A DNA stretch of 64,000 nt from a virus. Lineage: Duplodnaviria; Caudoviricetes. Below, piece by piece: positions 51,368 to 60,121 of the stretch (positions within the stretch are counted from its first letter, which is position 1; each line of letters starts with the position of its first letter). Position numbers and translations under genes: made by a program. The stretch lies in the IMG/VR virus record IMGVR_UViG_3300046171_000271; one strand, given 5' to 3'. The notes below the pieces were generated by a model. It saw nothing but the letters and a program-made list of their open reading frames with translations. It ran no database searches and was not told where the DNA came from.

Positions 51368-52780
51368 ATGTTCCAATCAGAGCATCTGGTAGAAAAGTGG
51401 GCCCCTCTTCTTGAGCATGAGGGATGCGAGTCAATCAAAGACAACCATCGTAAGGCTGTAACCGCTGTTCTGCTGGAAAACCAAGAGAAATTTTTAAAAG
51501 AGCAAAATGCTTTTTCTCAGTCAGGTGCATTCCTGAGTGAGCAACCCACCAATGCTGTAGGTAATGGTGGTTATACAGGCGGCGCTGCTGACGGCGGTCC
51601 TGTTGCAGGTTTCGACCCCGTTCTGATCTCCCTGATCAGACGCTCTATGCCTAACCTGGTCGCTTATGACCTGGCCGGCGTTCAGCCAATGTCTGGTCCT
51701 ACTGGACTCATCTTCGCGATGCGTTCTAAGTACACAGAGCAGAGTGGACCTGAAACCTTCTTCGATGAAGTAGATACAGCATTCTCCGGCCAAGATGCCG
51801 CTAGAGATGCAACCAACGGCATGACAGGTGCTGCAGTTGGTATGGGTACTACAGGACAATCTGGTGATAATCCTGGTCTCCTGAACCCAACTGGAACCGC
51901 AACTGAGTCTGACTACAGCGTTGGACAAGGTATGCGTACCGATGGCGCTGAGTCACTTGGCACCACTGGTAATGAGTTCAACGAAATGGCATTCTCAATC
52001 GAGAAGGTCACCGTAACTGCTAAGAGCAGAGCTCTCAAAGCTGAGTATTCCCTGGAACTGGCACAGGATCTGAAAGCAATCCACGGTTTAAACGCCGAGG
52101 CTGAACTCGCCAACATTCTCTCCACTGAGATTCTGGCTGAGATCAACCGCGAAGTTATCCGTACTATCTACAAGGTTGCTGAGCAAGGTGCTGTTCAGAA
52201 CACCGCTACCGCTGGTGAGTTCGATCTCGACATCGACTCCAACGGACGCTGGAGTGTTGAGAAGTTCAAGGGACTGCTGTTCCAGATCGAAAGAGACGCC
52301 AACGCGATTGCACAAAGAACTCGTAGAGGAAAGGGCAACACAATCCTTTGCTCCGCTGACGTTGCTTCTGCTCTCACCATGGCTGGTGTACTTGATTACA
52401 CCCCTGCTCTGAACGCTAACCTGAATGTTGATGACACAGGTAACACCTTCGCTGGTGTTCTGCAAGGTAAGTATCGCGTATACATCGATCCTTATTCTGC
52501 TAACCTGACTTCATCTAACGGAACCCCCGGTAACCAGTATTACGTTGTCGGTTATAAGGGTACTTCTCCTTATGACGCTGGACTGTTCTACTGCCCATAC
52601 GTTCCCCTTCAAATGGTTCGTGCCGTTGGACAGGATACCTTCCAACCCAAGATTGGCTTCAAGACTCGTTACGGTATGGTTGCCAACCCATTCGCTGAAG
52701 GAACACAGGCACAACTGGGTGCTCTTAACATCAATGCAAACCGCTACTACAGACGTGTTGCAGTCAAGAATTTGATGTGA
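51368..52780 (+). CDS. gp23: Major capsid protein gp23
   Basis: EKWAPLL, FDPVLISLIRRSMPNL, VQPMSGPTGLIFAMR, AKSRALKAEYS, FQPKIGFKTRYG. Confidence 0.98.
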   Translation: MFQSEHLVEKWAPLLEHEGCESIKDNHRKAVTAVLLENQEKFLKEQNAFSQSGAFLSEQPTNAVGNGGYTGGAADGGPVAGFDPVLISLIRRSMPNLVAYDLAGVQPMSGPTGLIFAMRSKYTEQSGPETFFDEVDTAFSGQDAARDATNGMTGAAVGMGTTGQSGDNPGLLNPTGTATESDYSVGQGMRTDGAESLGTTGNEFNEMAFSIEKVTVTAKSRALKAEYSLELAQDLKAIHGLNAEAELANILSTEILAEINREVIRTIYKVAEQGAVQNTATAGEFDLDIDSNGRWSVEKFKGLLFQIERDANAIAQRTRRGKGNTILCSADVASALTMAGVLDYTPALNANLNVDDTGNTFAGVLQGKYRVYIDPYSANLTSSNGTPGNQYYVVGYKGTSPYDAGLFYCPYVPLQMVRAVGQDTFQPKIGFKTRYGMVANPFAEGTQAQLGALNINANRYYRRVAVKNLM

Positions 52781-52810
52781 TATAATTTCCTTACGTGTGA
52801 AGGAAGTGCG

Positions 52811-52838
52811 AGAGGGATCTTCGGATCCCTCTTTTTTT
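52811..52838 (+). terminator. Rho-independent terminator with a C(UUCG)G tetraloop after gp23
   Basis: AGAGGGATC-TTCG-GATCCCTCT followed by a T run. Confidence 0.92.
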
Positions 52839-52841
52839 ATC

Positions 52842-52847
52842 TAAATA
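52842..52847 (+). promoter_or_regulatory. Late promoter (gp3)
   Basis: CTAAATA right after the gp23 terminator. Confidence 0.75.
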
Positions 52848-52858
52848 CTTAGAAAACG

Positions 52859-53422
52859 ATGTCTTACGGCAATCCCTTTGAAAATCAGATAAGTAATAGG
52901 AATTTCTTATCTCCTACCGGGTTTAAATTTATACTTAAGAGAGCACCTAAAGTTTCTTTCTTTGGTAACTCTGCAAATTTACCTGCAATTTCAATGGGAA
53001 CTGCAATCCAACCCACTTATCTAAAAGATATCGATCGTCCAGGTGATAAAGTTCAATTTGAAGATTTTAATTTCAGATTTCTTGTAGATGAAAATTTAGA
53101 GAACTATCTTGAAATATACAATTGGATTAGAGGATTAGGATACCCAGAAAGTTTACAAGAAATATATGATTGGCAAGAATCAGATAAAAATTTTATTCAA
53201 CCTAGACATTCAGAATTAAATTTATTTTCTGATGCCACCCTACAAATTTTAACAAGTAGCGAAAATCCAAATTTTAAAATTGTATTTCAAGACATGTTTC
53301 CTGTAGGACTGTCTACACTAAATTTTGATGCTACAGGTGAGGATGTTTCATACTTTACAGCAGAGGCAACTTTCAAGTATACTATCTACAATATAACTGA
53401 TATGTCTGGCAAAAAATTATGA
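52859..53422 (+). CDS. gp3: Tail completion protein gp3
   Basis: NRNFLSPTGFKF, FRFLVDENLENY, FTAEATFKYT; located after gp23. Confidence 0.88.
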   Translation: MSYGNPFENQISNRNFLSPTGFKFILKRAPKVSFFGNSANLPAISMGTAIQPTYLKDIDRPGDKVQFEDFNFRFLVDENLENYLEIYNWIRGLGYPESLQEIYDWQESDKNFIQPRHSELNLFSDATLQILTSSENPNFKIVFQDMFPVGLSTLNFDATGEDVSYFTAEATFKYTIYNITDMSGKKL

Positions 53423-53856
53423 GTCTTGATCTTGATTCAATTCAAGAGATGTGGAAAAAAGATTCTGATATTGACAGAGACAACTTACATGAAGAGTCTT
53501 TGAAAATTCCATCTCTACATGCAAAATACTTTGAACTATATAATACCATATTTCTTCTAAGGAAGAAAGCAGAACAACAAAGAAAAAACATTAGGCACGA
53601 AAGATATGAGTACTTTAGCGGAAAAGCAGATCCTGATGTTTATGTGGAGAATCCATTCCCTAAAAAAATTAGGGATAAAGAAACTATGCAGAAATATTTG
53701 GATGCAGATGACAAACTCTCATCAGTCTCTTTAAAAATTGACTATTATGATACAATGCTTGTTTATATTGAGAGTATACTTAAACAAGTAAGTAATAGAA
53801 CTTACCATATAAAAAATGCAATAGAGTTCATGAGATTCAATGCGGGGTTAGGTTAA
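53419..53856 (+). CDS. uvsY: Recombination mediator UvsY
   Basis: ESLKIPSLHAKY, YLDADDKL, RTYHIKNAIEFMRF. Confidence 0.9.
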   Translation: MSLDLDSIQEMWKKDSDIDRDNLHEESLKIPSLHAKYFELYNTIFLLRKKAEQQRKNIRHERYEYFSGKADPDVYVENPFPKKIRDKETMQKYLDADDKLSSVSLKIDYYDTMLVYIESILKQVSNRTYHIKNAIEFMRFNAGLG

Positions 53857-54074
53857 TGTCAGAAGAATGGACATATCAAGATGAAGAATTTGATGAAGAT
53901 CTTCCATATGTAGAATTACAGTTTGGGATAGATGATTTACGTTTATTATATAAGTCCGTTTCAGTTCACGCAGACAAATGGCCCGGCGGTGATGCAGAAG
54001 AACAAGAGAGACTATATTACTTAAAAAATTTTTTATATAGAATAGTTCTGGAATACAAGTTTAGTCACGAGTGA
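53856..54074 (+). CDS. Small hypothetical protein
   Basis: 72-aa ORF coupled to uvsY (TAATG). Confidence 0.7.
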   Translation: MSEEWTYQDEEFDEDLPYVELQFGIDDLRLLYKSVSVHADKWPGGDAEEQERLYYLKNFLYRIVLEYKFSHE

Positions 54075-54080
54075 TAAATA
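54075..54080 (+). promoter_or_regulatory. Late-type promoter upstream of uvsW
   Basis: ATAAATA, intergenic. Confidence 0.6.
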
Positions 54081-54100
54081 TCCACAGGTGATAAATCCTT

Positions 54101-55573
54101 GTGAATACAACAGATCTTGTAATCTCCAAATCTAACGAAGTTTTTTTAAAAATCAATACTGAACCTCATATTGAATATGAGTTAAGAGATCATTTTAAAT
54201 TTGAAGTCCCAAATGCTAAGTTCATGCCACAGTATCGTGGTAGAAATTGGAATGGAGAAATTCATTTATACGACATGCGTTCCAAGCAGATCTATGTTGG
54301 ACTGCTGGATAAGATTGTAAGTTTTTGTGAAAACTACGGATATACTTTTTCTTTTCAAAATAATAAATTCTACGGACAACCCTTTGAAGTAAATGATGAA
54401 ATATCATATGAGGGTGTCAAAGGATTCATGCGATCTATTTGTACTCATACTCCACGTCGATATCAAATTGAGGGAGTATACGATGCTTTAAAGCATAATA
54501 GAAAGCTATTGATAAGCCCCACTGGGAGCGGCAAATCTCTAATGATTTATTCATTAGTGAGATATTATGTAGACAAGAAACAAAAAATTCTTCTTGTCGT
54601 TCCAACGACATCTCTTGTAGAGCAGATGTACAAGGATTTTGAGGATTATGGTTGGAACGCTGAGACATTTTGTCATAAGATTTATAGTGGCAAAGAAAAG
54701 AACACAAATTGTCCTGTAACTATTACCACCTGGCAATCTATCTATAAGTTAGAGAGAAGTTGGTTTGAGGAGTATAACGTTGTGATTGGTGATGAAGCAC
54801 ACCTGTTTAAGAGTAAATCTCTTATTTCAATCATGACTAAATTACATCATGCTAAGTATAGATTTGGGTTCACAGGTACTTTAGACGGCACACAGACGCA
54901 TAAATGGGTGCTTGAGGGAGTCTTTGGCCCTTCATATAAAGTGACAAGAACTGATGAATTAATGAAGCAAGGACACTTATCTGAGTTAGATATACAGTGT
55001 CTTGTTTTGAAACATGAACCACAAAAGTTTGAAACATACAATGATGAAATTGAGTATCTAATCTCTCATGAACAAAGAAATAAATTTATTACTAACCTAA
55101 CACTTGATCTTAAAGGAAATACACTTGTCCTTTTTGCAAGAGTCGAAGCACATGGAGAGGTACTCTACAATCAGATAAATAATAATAAGCGTGATAACCG
55201 TAAGGTATTTTTTGTACATGGTGGTGTAGACGCTGAAGAAAGGGAGGTAGTTAGAGAAATCACAGAAAGAGAAAACAACGCAATCATTGTCGCCTCTTAT
55301 GGAACTTTTTCTACTGGTATCAACATTAAAAACCTCCATAATGTTATCTTTGCCTCTCCAAGTAAGTCCAGAGTCAGAAATCTTCAGAGTATTGGACGAG
55401 TTCTTAGAAAAGGAAAAAACAAAGTAAAAGCAACTCTGTATGACATTGCAGATGATTGTTCAACAAAGACAAGAAGAAACTATACGTTAAATCACCTCAT
55501 TGAAAGAATTAAAATCTATAATGAAGAGAACTTTAACTATGATATCATAACCATACACTTAAAGAAAACATGA
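54101..55573 (+). CDS. uvsW: SF2 helicase UvsW (GTG start)
   Basis: SPTGSGKS, VIGDEAH, RFGFTGT, FSTGINI, LQSIGRVLRK. Confidence 0.95.
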   Translation: MNTTDLVISKSNEVFLKINTEPHIEYELRDHFKFEVPNAKFMPQYRGRNWNGEIHLYDMRSKQIYVGLLDKIVSFCENYGYTFSFQNNKFYGQPFEVNDEISYEGVKGFMRSICTHTPRRYQIEGVYDALKHNRKLLISPTGSGKSLMIYSLVRYYVDKKQKILLVVPTTSLVEQMYKDFEDYGWNAETFCHKIYSGKEKNTNCPVTITTWQSIYKLERSWFEEYNVVIGDEAHLFKSKSLISIMTKLHHAKYRFGFTGTLDGTQTHKWVLEGVFGPSYKVTRTDELMKQGHLSELDIQCLVLKHEPQKFETYNDEIEYLISHEQRNKFITNLTLDLKGNTLVLFARVEAHGEVLYNQINNNKRDNRKVFFVHGGVDAEEREVVREITERENNAIIVASYGTFSTGINIKNLHNVIFASPSKSRVRNLQSIGRVLRKGKNKVKATLYDIADDCSTKTRRNYTLNHLIERIKIYNEENFNYDIITIHLKKT

Positions 55574-55995
55574 TAGAAGATGATTTTTATGCAACAATAA
55601 AACTTAAATCTGGCGAAGAGATCTTTGCTAAAGTAGCTGCTGAAGAAGAACTTGATAGAACTATTTTAATAGTTTCTAATCCAGTTACTATAAATGAAGT
55701 AAAAAGTAGAATAGGAACAATCGGTTATAAAGTAGAACCTTGGTTAAAAACTTCTTCTGATAATATGTTCTTTATTAATTTAAATGATGTATTAACAATG
55801 TCTGAATCAAGTGATATTGAAATGATTCACATACATCAAGAATATGTAAGAAGAACAGACGATAATCCTACTTCTGGATCAAGTAATCATAAACTAGATA
55901 AAAAGATGGGATATCTTGCTAATGTAAATGATGCAAGAGAAATACTTGAGAAACTCTATAGAAGTCCTTCTAATAAAGATATAAGTAATAACTAA
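55570..55995 (+). CDS. Conserved hypothetical protein (possible Sm-like fold)
   Basis: FYATIKLKSGEEIFAKV...KVEPWLK; usual cyanomyovirus position between uvsW and gp55. Confidence 0.75.
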   Translation: MIEDDFYATIKLKSGEEIFAKVAAEEELDRTILIVSNPVTINEVKSRIGTIGYKVEPWLKTSSDNMFFINLNDVLTMSESSDIEMIHIHQEYVRRTDDNPTSGSSNHKLDKKMGYLANVNDAREILEKLYRSPSNKDISNN

Positions 55996-56023
55996 AGCTA
56001 TTCTTATCAACCTCGACAAAGGT

Positions 56024-56074
56024 ATTCTACACAAGGTCTTAAGACTTGTCAAGTATATGTCTTAATGGTATACT
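56024..56074. promoter_or_regulatory. Divergent sigma70-type promoters sharing one -35 element
   Basis: Plus strand: TTGTCA(56046-51)-17 nt-TATACT(56069-74) with extended TG. Minus strand: TTGACA(56052-47)-17 nt-TAGAAT(56029-24). Confidence 0.75.
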
Positions 56075-56099
56075 TTATACATAATGATGAGATATAGTT

Positions 56100-56594
56100 A
56101 TGATACAACCAGGCATGACTAAGAGAAAAAGATCAGAACACTATGTAAACAATAAAGAGTTCTTAGCTGCTCTGATTGCGTATCGCGAAGAAAGAGAAAT
56201 TGCAGAAGCAAAAGGACTTCCAAGGCCTGTAATTCCTAGGTATATTGGAGAATGTTTTCTTAAGATTGCAACCCATTTGTCATTTAAACCAAATTTTGTG
56301 AACTACATGTTCAAGGATGATATGGTTTCAGATGGTATTGAAAATTGTGTGCAGTATATTCATAATTTCAATCCTGAGAAGTCTCAGAATCCCTTTGCAT
56401 ATTTCACACAAATTATTCACTACGCTTTCTTGAGACGGATTCAAAGAGAGAAGCGTCAGTTGGAAATTAAGAACAAGATTCTGGAGAAGTCTGGGTATAG
56501 TGAGGTGTTTGACGACAACAACACCCTTGACGGATCGAACTATAGTGACTATAATTCCATTAAGGATGCAGTCCACTCAAAACTTCGTTATTAA
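56100..56594 (+). CDS. gp55: Late-transcription sigma factor gp55
   Basis: HYVNNKEFL, YIGECFLKIATHLS.KPNF, NPFAYFTQIIHYAFLRRIQREK. Confidence 0.95.
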   Translation: MIQPGMTKRKRSEHYVNNKEFLAALIAYREEREIAEAKGLPRPVIPRYIGECFLKIATHLSFKPNFVNYMFKDDMVSDGIENCVQYIHNFNPEKSQNPFAYFTQIIHYAFLRRIQREKRQLEIKNKILEKSGYSEVFDDNNTLDGSNYSDYNSIKDAVHSKLRY

Positions 56595-57634
56595 TGAAGA
56601 TTGCAATAATCACAGATCAACATTTTGGTGCTCGTAAGAACTCCAAGTTGTTTCATAATTATTTTCTTAAATTTTATAATGATATCTTTTTTCCATATCT
56701 AGAGAAGCACGGTATTACTACTGTGATAGACATGGGCGATACTTTTGATAATCGCACTGGTATCAACTTTGGATCTCTTGCGTGGGCCAAAAATAATTAT
56801 TACGATAGACTTGAACAGATGGGTATTACTGTTCATACTATTGTAGGAAATCATACTGCTTTTTATAAAAATACTAACGAAGTTAATGCTGTAGATTTGC
56901 TTCTTCGTGAGTATGGCAATGTTTATGTTTACTCTTCGCCTGAAGAAGTAAAATTAGATAAATTAAACGTACTTTTTATTCCTTGGATCAATGAAGACAA
57001 CTCTCAAAGCACTTTCACTGCTATTGAAAATACAGATAGCAAATGCGCGATGGGGCACCTTGAACTGCGCGGATTTAGAGCTCATCGCGGATGCGTCATG
57101 GAGCATGGTTTTGAGAGCGACTTATTTAAGAAGTTCACCAAAGTCTTTTCGGGACACTACCACACTCGATCAGATGATCAGAAGATCTTCTATCTAGGAA
57201 ATCCTTATGAGATTTTCTGGAATGATGTTAACGATACGAGAGGATTTACAATCTTTGACACAGAAACTTTAGAGCATACTTATGTTGATAATCCATATCG
57301 AATGTTTTATAATATCTACTATGAAGATACTGATTACCAAACATTTGATGTAAGAGAATATGAGAATAAAATTGTAAAAGTTATTGTTCGTAAGAAATCT
57401 AATACTAAGAAATTTGAGAAGTTTATTGATAAACTGTATTCTGTTGGAGTTGCAGATTTAAAAATCGTAGAAAACTTTGAAGTTGGAAATACTGAAGAGT
57501 TTGAAGCATTTGAATCTGAAGATACACTTTCTATCTTGAATAGATATATTCAAGAAGCAGAAATCAGTCTTGATAAATCTGTTTTACAAGATATTATGCG
57601 AACAACATATCAGGAGGCTTGTGAGTTAATTTAA
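56594..57634 (+). CDS. gp47: Recombination endonuclease subunit gp47 (Mre11/SbcD-like)
   Basis: ITDQHFG, DMGDTFD, IVGNH, GHL and FSGHYH phosphoesterase motifs. Confidence 0.95.
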   Translation: MKIAIITDQHFGARKNSKLFHNYFLKFYNDIFFPYLEKHGITTVIDMGDTFDNRTGINFGSLAWAKNNYYDRLEQMGITVHTIVGNHTAFYKNTNEVNAVDLLLREYGNVYVYSSPEEVKLDKLNVLFIPWINEDNSQSTFTAIENTDSKCAMGHLELRGFRAHRGCVMEHGFESDLFKKFTKVFSGHYHTRSDDQKIFYLGNPYEIFWNDVNDTRGFTIFDTETLEHTYVDNPYRMFYNIYYEDTDYQTFDVREYENKIVKVIVRKKSNTKKFEKFIDKLYSVGVADLKIVENFEVGNTEEFEAFESEDTLSILNRYIQEAEISLDKSVLQDIMRTTYQEACELI

Positions 57635-57912
57635 TGTTTATCTTAACTATCGATGGTAAAGAAGATCGAGGAGCATATTCAGTAGAAAACGAATCAGGAG
57701 ATAAGATACTTTATCTCTTTGAAGAAGAAGATGATGCCACTCGATTTGCCATACAGTTAGAAGATGAGCATGGATACCCGGAGATGCATATAATTGAAGT
57801 AGAAGATGAAATAATGCTTAAGACATGCCACATTCATGAGTGTGAGTATGCTATAATTTCAAAGAACGACATCGTGGTGCCGCCAGAAACCGAAACATAT
57901 GATTTTATTTGA
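57634..57912 (+). CDS. Small acidic hypothetical protein
   Basis: 92-aa ORF between gp47 and gp46, overlapping both; LFEEEDDA motif. Confidence 0.75.
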   Translation: MFILTIDGKEDRGAYSVENESGDKILYLFEEEDDATRFAIQLEDEHGYPEMHIIEVEDEIMLKTCHIHECEYAIISKNDIVVPPETETYDFI

Positions 57913-59611
57913 AAAGATAAAGTGGCGTAATTTTTTAAGCACTGGTAATCATTATACTGAAGTTAAATTAAATGAGAATGGTAACACGATGATTATTGGC
58001 ACTAATGGTGCTGGTAAGTCTACTATTCTTGATGCTCTTACATTTTCACTTTTTGGCAAGGCATTTCGTAAAATCAATAAACCACAACTGCTTAATACGA
58101 CAAATGAGAAAGATTGTTGTGTTGAAGTGGAGTTTGCTATTGGTAATATTTCTTGGAAAGTAATTAGGGGCATCAAACCTAACATTTTTAAGATTTATCG
58201 CAATGGTGAAGAACTGAATCAAGATGCTGCAGCACTCGATCAGCAAAAGTGGTTAGAGCAGAATGTTCTGAAGATGAACTATAAGTCATTTACTCAGATT
58301 GTCATTCTTGGAAGTAGCACATTTGTGCCTTTCATGCAACTTTCTGCAGCAAATCGACGTGAAGTTATTGAAGATTTGCTTGATATCAAGATCTTTTCGT
58401 CTATGAATACTGTCATTAAGAGTAAAATCAGTGCTCTGAAGGATGAAGTGAAGACACTGACACTTAAAAAAGAGTCATTGAGTGATAAAGTTGACATGCA
58501 AACTCGTTTTATAGATAAGTTGGAGACTCAAGGCAAGGAAAATATTGCTGAGAAAAAAGAAAAAGTCTCTGAACTTAAGAAACTTATTAATCTTTACAAT
58601 AAAGAAGTTAATATTGCTGAAGAAAAAGTATTTTCTTTTATAAAAGAGCAAGAAAGTGTGATCGGAGCTACAGAAAAACTACGTAAACTGAGTGGACTGA
58701 AGGGTAAAATCAGTCAAAAGGCGTCAACTCTTAGAAAAGAACATAAATTTTTTACTGAAAATACGGTTTGTCCTACCTGTACACAGTCAATTGAAGAGGA
58801 TTTCAGAATAAATAAGATTAACGACGCTCAAAATGTAGCGAACGAGTTGCAATCTGGTTTAAAAGAACTGGATGAGGCAATTAATGAAGAACAGGAGCGA
58901 GAGCGTCAATTTCTTGCCCTATCGAAGGAGATCTCTAAACTACAGAATGACATTTCTAAGGACAATGTTCGGATTTCTGAATGTCAACGACAAATCGGAA
59001 ATCTGGAATCGGAAGTTCAAGAGCTTACCGAGCAAATTGCAAACCGAAATACTGAACATGAGAAGTTAGAAACCTTCAAAAACAACTTAACAACTACATT
59101 TGGCGAATTAGCGTCAAGAAAGGACACTATTAACTATTACGATTTTTCGTATAGTCTACTTAAAGACGGTGGAGTTAAAACAAAAATCATCAAGAAGTAC
59201 TTGCCTCTGATTAATCAGCAAGTCAATCGTTATCTTCAGTTGATGGACTTCTATATTAACTTTACTCTTGATGAAGAGTTCAACGAAACCGTTCAGTCCC
59301 CGATACATGAGGACTTTTCATACTCTTCTTTCAGCGAGGGAGAGAAGATGAGAATCGATTTAGCACTCTTGTTTACCTGGAGAGAGGTGGCAAGGATGAA
59401 GAACTCTGTCAACACGAATCTGCTTATTATGGATGAGGTATTTGACAGTTCTCTTGATGGATTTGGTACAGATGAGTTCTTAAAAATTATTCGATTTGTA
59501 ATTAAAGATGCAAATGTTTTTGTCATCTCTCATAAGGAATCTTTATTTGATAAGTTTGAGAACGTGATAAAATTTGAGAAAGTAAAAGGGTTTTCTAGTA
59601 TAGTATCCTAG
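57899..59611 (+). CDS. gp46: Recombination ATPase gp46 (Rad50/SbcC-like)
   Basis: GTNGAGKST, CPTC hook, FSEGE signature, IMDEVFD, VISH. Confidence 0.96.
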   Translation: MILFEKIKWRNFLSTGNHYTEVKLNENGNTMIIGTNGAGKSTILDALTFSLFGKAFRKINKPQLLNTTNEKDCCVEVEFAIGNISWKVIRGIKPNIFKIYRNGEELNQDAAALDQQKWLEQNVLKMNYKSFTQIVILGSSTFVPFMQLSAANRREVIEDLLDIKIFSSMNTVIKSKISALKDEVKTLTLKKESLSDKVDMQTRFIDKLETQGKENIAEKKEKVSELKKLINLYNKEVNIAEEKVFSFIKEQESVIGATEKLRKLSGLKGKISQKASTLRKEHKFFTENTVCPTCTQSIEEDFRINKINDAQNVANELQSGLKELDEAINEEQERERQFLALSKEISKLQNDISKDNVRISECQRQIGNLESEVQELTEQIANRNTEHEKLETFKNNLTTTFGELASRKDTINYYDFSYSLLKDGGVKTKIIKKYLPLINQQVNRYLQLMDFYINFTLDEEFNETVQSPIHEDFSYSSFSEGEKMRIDLALLFTWREVARMKNSVNTNLLIMDEVFDSSLDGFGTDEFLKIIRFVIKDANVFVISHKESLFDKFENVIKFEKVKGFSSIVS

Positions 59612-59624
59612 AACGAACAGTAAA

Positions 59625-59762
59625 ATGAACACTCCAAACTGGCAACACCACTCAAAAAAAGAACAAAAGTGTAAATTGAAACCACAAGCGTTGCGTCAGC
59701 GTAAAGAAGCATTGAGATTTTTGAAGAAAAAGTTAAATGTAACAGTAAGTACATTAAGTTAG
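59625..59762 (+). CDS. Small basic hypothetical protein (45 aa)
   Basis: Read manually: MNTPNWQHHSKKEQKCKLKPQALRQRKEALRFLKKKLNVTVSTLS. Confidence 0.6.
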   Translation: MNTPNWQHHSKKEQKCKLKPQALRQRKEALRFLKKKLNVTVSTLS

Positions 59763-59781
59763 GAAACGCTGACTATATAAT
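59736..59781 (+). promoter_or_regulatory. Candidate NtcA-activated promoter
   Basis: AATGTA-ACAGTAAG-TACATT (GTA-N8-TAC at 59739-59752) followed 23 nt later by TATAAT (59776-81). Confidence 0.6.
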
Positions 59782-59851
59782 ACAGAATTGGAGAAAAGGT
59801 TATGAAGTGAAATTAAATTCTTCATTATCTGATGTTTATAATTAAAAAATT

Positions 59852-60034
59852 ATGCACAATTTAATTTCACATAATCAGTTAGCGGGTTGGAAACAAAGTA
59901 TTGAACGATTGAATCATACTTTAGATAGAACACTTAATGAATCTGATCAAATTAATGATTATTATGATTGTCTAATTGAATGTGATGATGATCAGGCGAC
60001 TTGTAAACGTATCTGTAGGAGTATTCTTTCATAA
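59852..60034 (+). CDS. 60-aa protein with twin CxxxC motifs
   Basis: MHNLISHNQLAGW...DCLIECDDDQATCKRIC. Confidence 0.75.
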   Translation: MHNLISHNQLAGWKQSIERLNHTLDRTLNESDQINDYYDCLIECDDDQATCKRICRSILS

Positions 60035-60069
60035 CCAACCATAGACACTTTAGAAACTGTCACTGAGGG

Positions 60070-60089
60070 CCTCCACCGAAAGGTGGGGG
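60070..60089 (+). terminator. GC hairpin with a GAAA tetraloop, overlapping the promoter region of the next gene
   Basis: CCTCCACC-GAAA-GGTGGGGG followed by TTT. Confidence 0.55.
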
Positions 60090-60121
60090 TTTAGTATTAT
60101 AGGGATATCAAAAGGAGTTCA

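Noticed and set aside
42415-52780. Introns, inteins or homing endonucleases in gp17, gp20 or gp23
   Set aside because: Lengths are normal once the indels are corrected; no LAGLIDADG, GIY-YIG, HNH or intein motifs seen
55570-55995. gp55 call for this ORF
   Set aside because: The gp55 motifs are in the next ORF (56100-56594)
59852-60034. CP12 call for the small Cys-rich protein
   Set aside because: Lacks the CP12 AWD.VEEL core and the C-terminal YCxxxPxxxEC motif
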